The position numbers were made by a program, and so were the translations under genes. From Fidelibacterota bacterium (GTDB taxonomy: Bacteria > Fidelibacterota > Marinisomatia > Marinisomatales > S15-B10): a stretch of DNA of 25,264 bases. Location of the stretch: contig JBHIAI010000013.1 of assembly GCA_046861655.1 (NCBI GenBank), positions 1 through 25,264 on the forward strand, given 5' to 3'. Below, piece after piece: positions 15,140 to 23,844 of this stretch; the stretch's first letter is position 1, and the number at the start of each line of letters is the position of its first letter. Below the pieces are notes generated by a model. The model was not told where the DNA came from, searched no databases, and saw only the letters and a program-made list of their open reading frames with translations.

Positions 15140-16168
15140 TTAGGAGCGCAGGACCAGATAGCCGCCGGTGACCAGAATGTTAACCAGAGCCAGGGGAAGC
15201 ATCACTTTCCATCCCAGTCTCATGAGTTGATCATACCGGAACCTTGGGAAGGTCCACCTGACCCACACGTAAAGAAAAAGGAATAGGCCCACTTTTGCCA
15301 CAAAACCCAGGGCGGAAAGCAGTCCACCCAGATTGCCCAGAGTGGCCTCGTTCACAAATGGGATATCCCATCCTCCGAAGAACAGGGTAACCATGAGCGC
15401 AGATGCGGTTATCATGTTGGCGTATTCGGAAAGCATGAACATGGCGAATTTCATGCTGCTGTATTCGGTGTGGTATCCCCCGACCAGTTCCTGTTCTGCC
15501 TCGGTGAGGTCAAAGGGGAGACGGTTCGTTTCCGCGTAGGTGGCGATGAGGAATATGACGAACGCCAGCGGCTGCTTGAACACATTCCAGGAAAGCAGTC
15601 CACCCTGCTGCGCGGAAACCATGTCATTGAGTCTCAAAGATCCCGCCAGGAGAACCACACTGACCACCGCCAGACCCAGGGCCAGTTCATAACTTATCAT
15701 TTGGGCGGCAGACCTGAGTCCACCCAGAAGGGGATACTTGCTATTCGAGGCCCATCCCGCCAGGACAATGCCGTAGACCCCCACACTGGTGAGAGCCAGA
15801 ACATAGAGTATGCCCACGTTAACGTCTGCCACCTGCAGAGGAATATCTCTCCCGAAAAGATGGATGGGACTGCCAAAGGGGATCACCGCGAAAGTCATGA
15901 GCGCAGGGACAAGGAGGATGACCGGGGCCAGGAGGTAGACGGGCCTATCCACACCGGCCGGGATGATGTCTTCCTTCATCATGAACTTTACTCCATCGGC
16001 CAGGGGCTGAAGGATTCCCCCGGGCCCCACCCGGTTGGGCCCCAGGCGGTCCTGAATGAACGCCGACACCCGTCTTTCGATATAGGTCATGGCCATGACG
16101 GCAAACAATACAGCAGCCAGGACCGCCACCACTTTGACACAGATGATGATAAACAGAAGAAGATCCAC
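15140..16168 (-). CDS. nuoH: NADH-quinone oxidoreductase subunit H
   Basis: ERRVSAFIQDRLGPNRVG, QPLADGVK, LRSAAQMISYE, AETNRLPFDL.EAEQELVGGYHTEYS, PRFRYDQLM. Confidence 0.97.
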   Translation of the reverse strand: MDLLLFIIICVKVVAVLAAVLFAVMAMTYIERRVSAFIQDRLGPNRVGPGGILQPLADGVKFMMKEDIIPAGVDRPVYLLAPVILLVPALMTFAVIPFGSPIHLFGRDIPLQVADVNVGILYVLALTSVGVYGIVLAGWASNSKYPLLGGLRSAAQMISYELALGLAVVSVVLLAGSLRLNDMVSAQQGGLLSWNVFKQPLAFVIFLIATYAETNRLPFDLTEAEQELVGGYHTEYSSMKFAMFMLSEYANMITASALMVTLFFGGWDIPFVNEATLGNLGGLLSALGFVAKVGLFLFLYVWVRWTFPRFRYDQLMRLGWKVMLPLALVNILVTGGYLVLRS

Positions 16169-17793
16169 TATGCCTCGCCGGCTTCCTCGTTCGTGGGCAG
16201 TCCCTGATCGCCGATCCGGAACAGGGACACACCCTTGTATGCGGGGAAAGCTTCGCCCATTGCCCGGAGGATCTCGCCCAGATCAGTGAAGTCATACTGC
16301 CGCTTTCCTACCGTGTTCATCACCTCCATAAGGATCTCCCAGTCAGCCCGGACCTTTCCCTCTGGCCGCAGGGACGGACGCAGCCACTGGATCCTCCCCC
16401 GGTCATTGGTCATCGTCCCTTCCCTTTCAAAGGGGGCGGGGCCGGGAAGGATCACATGGGCCAACCGGGCTATGGGCGTCATGGCATACGTCTGAACCAC
16501 AAGAAAATCAAGATTCCCGAGTACCTCCGTCCAGGAGTCATCAGGCTCCCTGTCCACGCCGTCATCAAGAAGATACATGAGTTTTGTCTTGGTCTTCTTC
16601 ACCGCGGCCAGAAAATCTCCATCCAGTCCGGAAGAGAGGTCCAGAACTCCCTGGCGATTGGGAGATCGGTCCCCGCTGATCCTGAAGCCGGAGGGGAAGA
16701 GGATGTCTTCCTGTTCCCCGAATGGAGAAAGCATGCCAAGGATGCCCCGTCCCTTCAAAACCGTATGGATGAACTGCCCCAGAAGAAAGTTTGCTTCATT
16801 GGTATGAAAAGGAGAGACCACGCCTGCCACCCTGGGCTTTTCACCATTCTTTCCCCGGGTGAAGCGATGAAAGATCTCCTTTAGCCCCCCCTCCCAGCCG
16901 ATCTCCTGGAACCGTTCGTCGGACCGGATCAGAGGAGACCTGACCCGTTCAATCCCCTCATAGCGGTGGAATCCGTACCGGCCGATATCACACATGTAAA
17001 AGCCGTTAACATCATGATTCTCCCTGGGACTGATCCGAAACACTTGCTTTCCGTCATGGAACACGTGAATGTTGCAGCCCACACTGCAATCGGTGCAGAC
17101 CGACGACTGTCTGGTCAGATTCCACAGGCGGTTCTTGTGAACATAGTCCGTACTCAAGAGGGCACCCACGGGACAGATATCGGCCACATTGCCCGCCAGA
17201 AGATTGTCCAGCGGCTTCCCTTCCAAAACGGAAATCTTGGTGTCGTATCCCCTCGATTCCACGAAGAGTTCCCCCGTTCCCGTGATCTCCCGGGTAAACC
17301 GCACACACCGGGTGCACATGATGCAGCGGTTGTGGTTGAGGACAATAGAGGAACCCAGGTTTTCGTTGGGTCTGACCCTCTTCACCTCCTGGAACCGGCT
17401 GTGGGATCGACCAAACCTGAAGGAGTAATCCTGAAGGTAGCACTCTCCTGCCTGATCACATACCGGACAGTCCAGGGGATGGTTGATGAGAAGAAACTCC
17501 AGGATGTTCTCCCTCTCCTTTTTCACCGTATCGGTCTGGGTGAGCATCACCATATCGTATTTCCCGTCGATTCTGTTCTCCTCGGGAACTTCGTGGACAG
17601 GGGTGGAACACGAGGTCTGAAGGCGGGACATCCCCTCAATTTCAACCAGGCACATCCGGCAGCTTCCAACGATTTCCAGGGTTGGGTGGTAGCAATAATG
17701 AGGAATGTCGATTCCCGCCCCTCTGGCCGCCTCCAGGGCCATGGTCCCGGATTCAACTTCCACTTCTTTATCATCTATCTTTACCCAGGGCAT
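16168..17793 (-). CDS. nuoG: NADH-quinone oxidoreductase subunit G (short form, 541 aa)
   Basis: N1b CYHP...GSCRMC...TSC; N5 HPLDCPVCDQAGEC; N4 CIMCTRC...ICPVGAL; N7-type CTDCSVGC...MCDIGR; position between nuoF and nuoH. Confidence 0.93.
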   Translation of the reverse strand: MPWVKIDDKEVEVESGTMALEAARGAGIDIPHYCYHPTLEIVGSCRMCLVEIEGMSRLQTSCSTPVHEVPEENRIDGKYDMVMLTQTDTVKKERENILEFLLINHPLDCPVCDQAGECYLQDYSFRFGRSHSRFQEVKRVRPNENLGSSIVLNHNRCIMCTRCVRFTREITGTGELFVESRGYDTKISVLEGKPLDNLLAGNVADICPVGALLSTDYVHKNRLWNLTRQSSVCTDCSVGCNIHVFHDGKQVFRISPRENHDVNGFYMCDIGRYGFHRYEGIERVRSPLIRSDERFQEIGWEGGLKEIFHRFTRGKNGEKPRVAGVVSPFHTNEANFLLGQFIHTVLKGRGILGMLSPFGEQEDILFPSGFRISGDRSPNRQGVLDLSSGLDGDFLAAVKKTKTKLMYLLDDGVDREPDDSWTEVLGNLDFLVVQTYAMTPIARLAHVILPGPAPFEREGTMTNDRGRIQWLRPSLRPEGKVRADWEILMEVMNTVGKRQYDFTDLGEILRAMGEAFPAYKGVSLFRIGDQGLPTNEEAGEA

Positions 17794-17799
17794 GGCGCG

Positions 17800-19119
17800 C
17801 TACCGGTCAGAGACCGTATTGGCAGCCTCCTCTTTCTCAGGCAGGTAGGAAACAAATTCTTCTTTGAACTTTTCCACCAGGGTGCGGATCGGCCAGGACA
17901 CCGCCTCGCCGAAGGGACAGATGGTCTTCCCCAGATTTCCCTGGGAAAGGTCGCTGAGCCCTCCGATGTTTACCGTCAGGTCCAGAATAAGGGCAAGATC
18001 GTCACGCCTGCCAGCCCCGTTCACCAGCCGGGTTAATACCTGAACCAGCCACCCCGTTCCTTCCCGGCACGGAGTGCACTGGCCGCACGACTCATGGGCG
18101 TAAAAGCGGGCCAGGTTCAGGGCGACCTGCACCATGTCCGCCGTTTCGTCCATCACAATGATGCCCGCGGATCCCAGCATGGTATTCCGCTCAGCCATGG
18201 ACTCGAAATCCATGGTCAGACCTTCGATCTCTTGAGCGGCGAGAACCGCGGATGACGATCCACCGGGAAGGACAGCCTTCAGACGTTTGTTGTCCTTGAT
18301 TCCCTTTCCGTGATCGTAAATGAGTTCCTCCAGAGACACACCCATGGGCAGTTCGTACACTCCTGGCCGGTTGACCCGTCCCGAGAGACAGAAGAGCTTG
18401 GGTCCCGGACCCTTTTCGGGTCCGATGGACCTGAACCAACCGGCTCCCCGTTCAATGATGTGGGGTACGCAGGCCAACGTTTCCACATTGTTCACGATGG
18501 TCGGACTCTCAAGATACCCCTTGATGGCGGGAAAAGGCGGTTTGATCCTCGGCCAGGTCCTCTTGCCCTCCAGGGATTCAAGAAGGGCGGTTTCCTCGCC
18601 AGCGATGTAGGCACCGGCACCCCGGTGCACGATCACATCCAGATCATAACCCGACCCCAGAATATCCTTCCCCAGAAGATTGGCTCCGCTTGCTTCTTCG
18701 ATGGCTGCGTTGAGTATCCCGTACTCATCATAGAATTCTCCCCGTATGTAGATGATGGCAGTGTGAGACCGGATGGCGTAAGAAGCAATGATGGTCCCCT
18801 CCAGAACCATATGAGGAACCTCTTTCATGAGAAGCCGGTCCTTGAACGTTCCCGGTTCACTTTCGTCAGCATTGTTGATGAGATAGGTGGGCTTTCCCGA
18901 ATCCCTTGGAATAAACCCCCACTTCGCTCCCGCAGGGAATCCGGCTCCTCCCCGGCCCCTGAGATTCGAGGCTTTCACCTCCTCGATCACCTCATCCGGT
19001 GTCATGGTCTTAAGGACTCTTTCCAGGGCCGAGTATCCTCCTGTCTTCTTGTATCCCTCAAGGGTACGGGAATCCTCCCTGTGAATGTTACGGGTCAGAA
19101 CGGGTTCAAAGGGAGTCAT
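17800..19119 (-). CDS. nuoF: NADH-quinone oxidoreductase subunit F
   Basis: LRGRGGAGFP, NADESEPGTFKDR, GAGAYIAGEETALLESLEG, ESCGQCTPCREG...TICP. Confidence 0.97.
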   Translation of the reverse strand: MTPFEPVLTRNIHREDSRTLEGYKKTGGYSALERVLKTMTPDEVIEEVKASNLRGRGGAGFPAGAKWGFIPRDSGKPTYLINNADESEPGTFKDRLLMKEVPHMVLEGTIIASYAIRSHTAIIYIRGEFYDEYGILNAAIEEASGANLLGKDILGSGYDLDVIVHRGAGAYIAGEETALLESLEGKRTWPRIKPPFPAIKGYLESPTIVNNVETLACVPHIIERGAGWFRSIGPEKGPGPKLFCLSGRVNRPGVYELPMGVSLEELIYDHGKGIKDNKRLKAVLPGGSSSAVLAAQEIEGLTMDFESMAERNTMLGSAGIIVMDETADMVQVALNLARFYAHESCGQCTPCREGTGWLVQVLTRLVNGAGRRDDLALILDLTVNIGGLSDLSQGNLGKTICPFGEAVSWPIRTLVEKFKEEFVSYLPEKEEAANTVSDR

Positions 19120-19607
19120 AAGAGGGAACCCAGCAGAGAGTCGAACTCTTCCAGAGTCAGGCTTTCGTGATAGTCGTTATTGACCTGTACCACGGGCGCC
19201 GTGCCGCAGGAACCCAGGCATTCCACCTTCCGGAGGGTAATCTTGCCATCAGACGTGGTTTCCCCTGGCCGTATTCCCAGCTTCATGCAGGCATGATCAA
19301 CCAGGGCATCGGCACCGTTGAGGCTGCAGGAAAGTGTCTGGCAGATTTGAACCCTGGCCCTCCCCTGCGGTTCCCGATGAAACAGGGTATAGAAAGATAC
19401 CACGTCTATGATCTCGGCCGGATGACATCCCACGATTCCGGCCACCGCTTCCACAACACCCCTGGAGATGTATCCCAGCTGATCCTGGGCCAGATGAAGG
19501 AGCGGGAGAGTGGCGGACCGCCGGTCCGGATAGAGGGATACCATCCGCTCCACCCTGGAGGGGTTTTCAAACTCGAACCGACCGTCGTCGCCGGATGACG
19601 CTGTCAC
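19116..19607 (-). CDS. nuoE: NADH-quinone oxidoreductase subunit E
   Basis: LPLLHLAQ..GYI, VVSFYTLF, CQTLSC...ECLGSC [2Fe-2S] motif. Confidence 0.96.
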   Translation of the reverse strand: MTASSGDDGRFEFENPSRVERMVSLYPDRRSATLPLLHLAQDQLGYISRGVVEAVAGIVGCHPAEIIDVVSFYTLFHREPQGRARVQICQTLSCSLNGADALVDHACMKLGIRPGETTSDGKITLRKVECLGSCGTAPVVQVNNDYHESLTLEEFDSLLGSLL

Positions 19608-20809
19608 CGGTCCAGTTCTCCTGCGATGATATTGAAACTGCCGAGAATAGCCACGGCGTCAGAAAGCATATGCCCTTCCAGGAGTTTGGAGAAAACAGAG
19701 TAATTGATGAAGGAAGGTGGACGGGTTCGCACTCGATACGGTGTCCGCCCCCCATCGCTGACGATGTAGAACCCCAGCTCCCCGTTGGGGGATTCTGTGG
19801 GCACGTAGGCCTCCCCCACCGGAGGTTCCATCCCCCGGTTGGGCATGGTGATTTCAAAGTGGTAAATGAGGCCCTCGATGGAATTGTACACCTCATCTTT
19901 GGGGGGAAGGACCAGGCCGGAGTCGCTGTCGATGTTTACCTCTCCGGGAGGGAGCCTGTCGACTGCCTGCCTGCAGATTCTCGCGCTCTGACGAATTTCC
20001 TCCATCCTCACCAGATACCGGTCGAAAACGTCCCCGTTCAGAGCCGTGACAACATCAAAATCGAAATCCTCATACTTTGAATACGGCTCTTTCACCCTGA
20101 GATCCCAGTCAACTCCGGAAGCTCTGGCCATGGGACCGGAGAGACCGTAGGAGAGGGCATCTTCCTTAGAAATGACCCCAACTCCTTTGGTCCGGTGATG
20201 CCATATCCTGTTCTTGTTGAGAAGGGTTTCGATGTCGTCCACCACGTCACCCACATCCTCCAGGACTTTGAGCACGGCTGCTTCGTATCCCTCCGGGAGA
20301 TCCCGCATCAGCCCCCCGACCCGGGTGTACGCCGTGGTCATACGGGTTCCCGTGGCCATCTCGAAGAGGTCGTAGATCTCTTCCCTCAAACGGAATGCAT
20401 ACAGAAAAACGGTCATGGCCCCCAGATCCACCGCCTGCATTCCCACCGATATGAAGTGATCCGCTATCCTGCTGAGTTCACACATCAGCACTCGAATGAC
20501 CTGGGCCCTGTGGGGGACTTCCACACCCATGAGCTTTTCGGCGGACAGGGCGTACGCCACATTGTTGCAGAGGGGAGAAACGTAATTCATTCGATCGGTG
20601 ATGGTGATGTACTGGTTGTAATCGAGATGTTCTCCCAGTTTTTCGAATCCCGAATGAAGAAATCCGATCTCGGGCGTGGCCTTCACCACGGTTTCCCCGT
20701 CCAGCTCCATGATTATCCTCAAGGTCCCGTGGGTCGAGGGGTGGGACGGCCCGAAATTCAGGACCATCTGTTCCGTGTCCAGAGACCTGGAAATTCGATC
20801 CACCGTCAT
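19604..20809 (-). CDS. nuoD: NADH-quinone oxidoreductase subunit D
   Basis: NFGPSHPSTHGTLR, DRMNY, SGPMARASG, ESPNGELGFY, GELDR; no NiFe CxxC motifs. Confidence 0.97.
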   Translation of the reverse strand: MTVDRISRSLDTEQMVLNFGPSHPSTHGTLRIIMELDGETVVKATPEIGFLHSGFEKLGEHLDYNQYITITDRMNYVSPLCNNVAYALSAEKLMGVEVPHRAQVIRVLMCELSRIADHFISVGMQAVDLGAMTVFLYAFRLREEIYDLFEMATGTRMTTAYTRVGGLMRDLPEGYEAAVLKVLEDVGDVVDDIETLLNKNRIWHHRTKGVGVISKEDALSYGLSGPMARASGVDWDLRVKEPYSKYEDFDFDVVTALNGDVFDRYLVRMEEIRQSARICRQAVDRLPPGEVNIDSDSGLVLPPKDEVYNSIEGLIYHFEITMPNRGMEPPVGEAYVPTESPNGELGFYIVSDGGRTPYRVRTRPPSFINYSVFSKLLEGHMLSDAVAILGSFNIIAGELDR

Positions 20810-21330
20810 GACGATTCGTTCCCCGGGGACCGGGTTTCCGGGTACCGCTGAATCACGGGGAAGGCTTTCCTTTCTCCTCGACCCTCCCGGGGATAGTCCT
20901 TGCGAAGAGGGTGCCCCTGATAGTCATCCGGATTGAGTATCCGCTTGAGATCGGGGTGTCCTTCGAAAACAATCCCAAACAAATCGTACACTTCCCGTTC
21001 CTGCCAGTCAGCTGTTTTCCACAGCGACTCCACCGATGGGAGCGAGGGATTTCCCTCCGGGACATAGGCTTTGACTACCAGGCGCTGGACAGTCTCCATG
21101 CTCAGCAGGTGGTACACCACCGCGAACCGGTCAAATCCTCCCAGAGTCAGGTGATCCACTGCGGTGAGATCAGCAAGAAAATTGAAGCCCTTCTCCTTGA
21201 GGGTCCTGAGGATATTCAGGGCATGGGATCCCCGTATGTGGAGGGCGGTCTCCCCGGCAAATTCCGTCACATCAAGGATAGAATCGCCAAACCGCTCTTT
21301 GATACGGGAAACCGTGTCAGACTGGGACAT
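20806..21330 (-). CDS. nuoC: NADH-quinone oxidoreductase subunit C
   Basis: DLTAVD, RFAVVYHLLS, ADWQEREVYDLFGIVFEGHPDLKRIL...GHPLRKDYP. Confidence 0.97.
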   Translation of the reverse strand: MSQSDTVSRIKERFGDSILDVTEFAGETALHIRGSHALNILRTLKEKGFNFLADLTAVDHLTLGGFDRFAVVYHLLSMETVQRLVVKAYVPEGNPSLPSVESLWKTADWQEREVYDLFGIVFEGHPDLKRILNPDDYQGHPLRKDYPREGRGERKAFPVIQRYPETRSPGNESS

Positions 21331-21407
21331 TTAGGTGGCGGGAGCGTGGAAGTAGGAGTGCAGGGTTCGAACAGAATCGAATCTACAAGCCAAAAGATGA
21401 GGCGATT

Positions 21408-21878
21408 TCAAGGCGCGACCCCCTTTTGGATGGACCGCTGCAGTTTCAGCAGGCCGTCCAGGACACCTTCCGGCCGGGGGGGACACCCGGGGACATACAT
21501 ATCCACGGGGATGAATTGATCCACCCCCTGAATCACGCTGTAGGTATCGAACACACCCCCGCTGGAAGCACAAGCGCCCATGGATATCACCCATTTGGGT
21601 TCAGGCATCTGCTCATAGATCCGGGTGAGTACAGGCATCAGTTTAATGGTGATTCTGCCCGCCACGATGAGAAGATCGGATTGGCGGGGCGAGAACCGAA
21701 TGGCCTCGGCACCGAACCGGGCAATGTCAGATCGGGCCGCCAGCAATGCCATGAGCTCGATCCCGCAGCAGGCCGTGCCGAAGGGCATGGGCCACAGGGA
21801 ATTCTTTCTGCTCCAGCGGATAGCCCCTTTCAGGGTGGTGGTCAAAACGTTGGATTTGATGTCGCCTGTCACTCCCAT
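21408..21878 (-). CDS. nuoB: NADH-quinone oxidoreductase subunit B
   Basis: [45 protein letters not shown]. Confidence 0.97.
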   Translation of the reverse strand: MGVTGDIKSNVLTTTLKGAIRWSRKNSLWPMPFGTACCGIELMALLAARSDIARFGAEAIRFSPRQSDLLIVAGRITIKLMPVLTRIYEQMPEPKWVISMGACASSGGVFDTYSVIQGVDQFIPVDMYVPGCPPRPEGVLDGLLKLQRSIQKGVAP

Positions 21879-22234
21879 TCCAGCGCCCCCTTCCTCCAGG
21901 CAAACACGTACCCGAAGATGAGGATGGCAAGAAAAACTACCATTTCATAGAAAATGAACGGGCCTGTGGAAAGGAATCTCTTGAACACCACAGCCCAGGG
22001 ATACAGAAAAATGATTTCAATATCGAAAATGATAAACATGAGAGCCACGATGAAATACTTGACGGAAAAACGAAGCCGGGCTTCCCCCAGGGGATCCACC
22101 CCCGACTCATAGGGCATGAGCTTGACCGGGGTCCGGGCCCTGGGACCTACGACGTGGGTCAGACCTAGGATGCCCAGGGCAATGGAGGAGGCCAGAACAA
22201 GGAGAACCAGTATGGGTACGTAACTTTCCAGCAT
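21869..22234 (-). CDS. nuoA: NADH-quinone oxidoreductase subunit A
   Basis: [40 protein letters not shown]. Confidence 0.97.
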   Translation of the reverse strand: MLESYVPILVLLVLASSIALGILGLTHVVGPRARTPVKLMPYESGVDPLGEARLRFSVKYFIVALMFIIFDIEIIFLYPWAVVFKRFLSTGPFIFYEMVVFLAILIFGYVFAWRKGALEWE

Positions 22235-22313
22235 GATTCAGCAGTTTGATCGCCCTCTTCCAACCCCAATGGATCCGGTTTTCCCTTGGACGGCCTTACC
22301 AGGTCGGAGGAAT

Positions 22314-23807
22314 TTAAAGTCCGGCTACAAAGAACAGCAAGGAATTATGGACCCAGTCCGCGATGGGGGACCAGTAAACGCCAAAGACGAGGGTGGGCAG
22401 GCCCAGGAATATGAGGAGGGTTACGGACATTCTTGATGGAAGATGGAACTCCGCTTGCGGTTCACCTTCAAGAAACATCACCTTAAGAACTCGAACGTAA
22501 TAGTACAGGGAAACGACACTGTTCAAGACCCCCAGAACGGCCAGCCAGTAAAACTGGGGGCCCGCCTGAATGAGAGCGGAAAACAGATAGAATTTTCCGA
22601 TAAAACCCGCCGTGGGGGGAATGCCGGTAAGAGAAAACATGAATATGGCCATCAGAATACCCAGAAACGGTGCCTTGAAGCCCAGTCCGCTGTACTCGTC
22701 GATGACTTCAGTACCGAACCGGTTCGATACGAGAATGGCCACGAAAAAAGCACCCAGCTGCATAAACAGGTAGACGATGATGTAGAAAATCATGGCGTGG
22801 ATACCGTCCTGGGAAAGGACCGGGATGCCCATGAGAATGTACCCGGCGTGGGCAATGCTGGAGTAAGCCAGCATCCTCTTGATATTGGACTGCTGAATGG
22901 CCACAAGATTCCCCAGGGTCATGGTGACGGCCGAGATGACCGCCAGAATGTGCTGCCAGGGAATTCCCTCCATCGTTTCCCACACGGCGGCGTTCAGGGC
23001 TTGTTCCCCGCCGAAAAGGGAGTTGAAAAACCGGATCAAAAGGGCAAACCCCGCCGCTTTGGGGGCCACGGAAAGATAGGCTGTGACGGGAGTGGGGGAT
23101 CCCTCATACACGTCGGGAGTCCAGAAATGAAAAGGAACCACCGACACCTTGTAGCCGAACCCGGCCATGATGAACACCGTAGCTATAGTGAGAGTGAGAT
23201 TGGCCTGGCCGTGAAGTTCCTGGATGGCCTGCCCGATTTCAAACAGTTTGGTGGTACCCGTTAGTCCAAAAAGGAGGCTCAACCCGTACAACATGATTCC
23301 AGAGGAAAACGCACCGTAGATCACGTATTTCAGGGAGGCTTCACTGGACCGGATCTGTGTCTTGAGATAGCCGGCCAGTATGAACGAAACGATGCTTACC
23401 ACCTCTATGGAGAGGTAAACCATGATGAGGTCCACACTGGTGGCCATCAACGACATTCCGAGAACCATGGCAGCCAGAAGGACAAAGTACTCGCCCGTCC
23501 GCGTACCTTTCAATTCATCGGTATGAAGGGACATCAGCACGGTGACCACCGTGGCGAGAATGAACACGAATTTGAAGATACGGGCGAATGGATCGAGGAC
23601 CAGGGACATCAGAAAAAGACTCGTGACTTCCCCGGACGGGGTCAACCAGAGGGCCACCAGGGAAAGACCCAGGCCTCCCAACACCCAGATACCCACCCGG
23701 TGAGAACGTTCCTTCGAATACAGAAGGTCGGCCACGATGGACACAATCACAGTAGCGACGAGAATCAGCTCCGGCACGAACAACCTGAGGCTTTGGAAAT
23801 TGTCCAT
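22314..23807 (-). CDS. nuoN: NADH-quinone oxidoreductase subunit N paralog (upstream operon)
   Basis: SEASLKYVIYGA, YKVSVVPFHFWTPDVYEGSPTP, QSNIKRMLAYSSIAHAGY, SLTGIPPTAGFIGKFY. Confidence 0.95.
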   Translation of the reverse strand: MDNFQSLRLFVPELILVATVIVSIVADLLYSKERSHRVGIWVLGGLGLSLVALWLTPSGEVTSLFLMSLVLDPFARIFKFVFILATVVTVLMSLHTDELKGTRTGEYFVLLAAMVLGMSLMATSVDLIMVYLSIEVVSIVSFILAGYLKTQIRSSEASLKYVIYGAFSSGIMLYGLSLLFGLTGTTKLFEIGQAIQELHGQANLTLTIATVFIMAGFGYKVSVVPFHFWTPDVYEGSPTPVTAYLSVAPKAAGFALLIRFFNSLFGGEQALNAAVWETMEGIPWQHILAVISAVTMTLGNLVAIQQSNIKRMLAYSSIAHAGYILMGIPVLSQDGIHAMIFYIIVYLFMQLGAFFVAILVSNRFGTEVIDEYSGLGFKAPFLGILMAIFMFSLTGIPPTAGFIGKFYLFSALIQAGPQFYWLAVLGVLNSVVSLYYYVRVLKVMFLEGEPQAEFHLPSRMSVTLLIFLGLPTLVFGVYWSPIADWVHNSLLFFVAGL

Positions 23808-23813
23808 GGGGCT

Positions 23814-23844
23814 TAGGAGTAGAGGATTCTACCCTCCACTCCTA
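23814..23844 (-). other. 13-bp RNA stem-loop between nuoM and nuoN paralogs (no U-tract)
   Basis: mRNA UAGGAGUGGAGGG-UAGAA-UCCUCUACUCCUA: 13 contiguous pairs including two G-U; begins at the nuoM stop codon. Confidence 0.65.

Noticed and set aside
21406..21410. Selenocysteine or readthrough at the nuoB TGA
   Set aside because: All NuoB Cys ligands precede it, the protein is complete, and readthrough is not in frame with nuoC.
19604..21878. Group 4 [NiFe]-hydrogenase interpretation of nuoB/C/D
   Set aside because: NuoD lacks Ni-binding CxxC motifs and has the quinone-site His/Tyr motifs; NuoB has the tandem CC.
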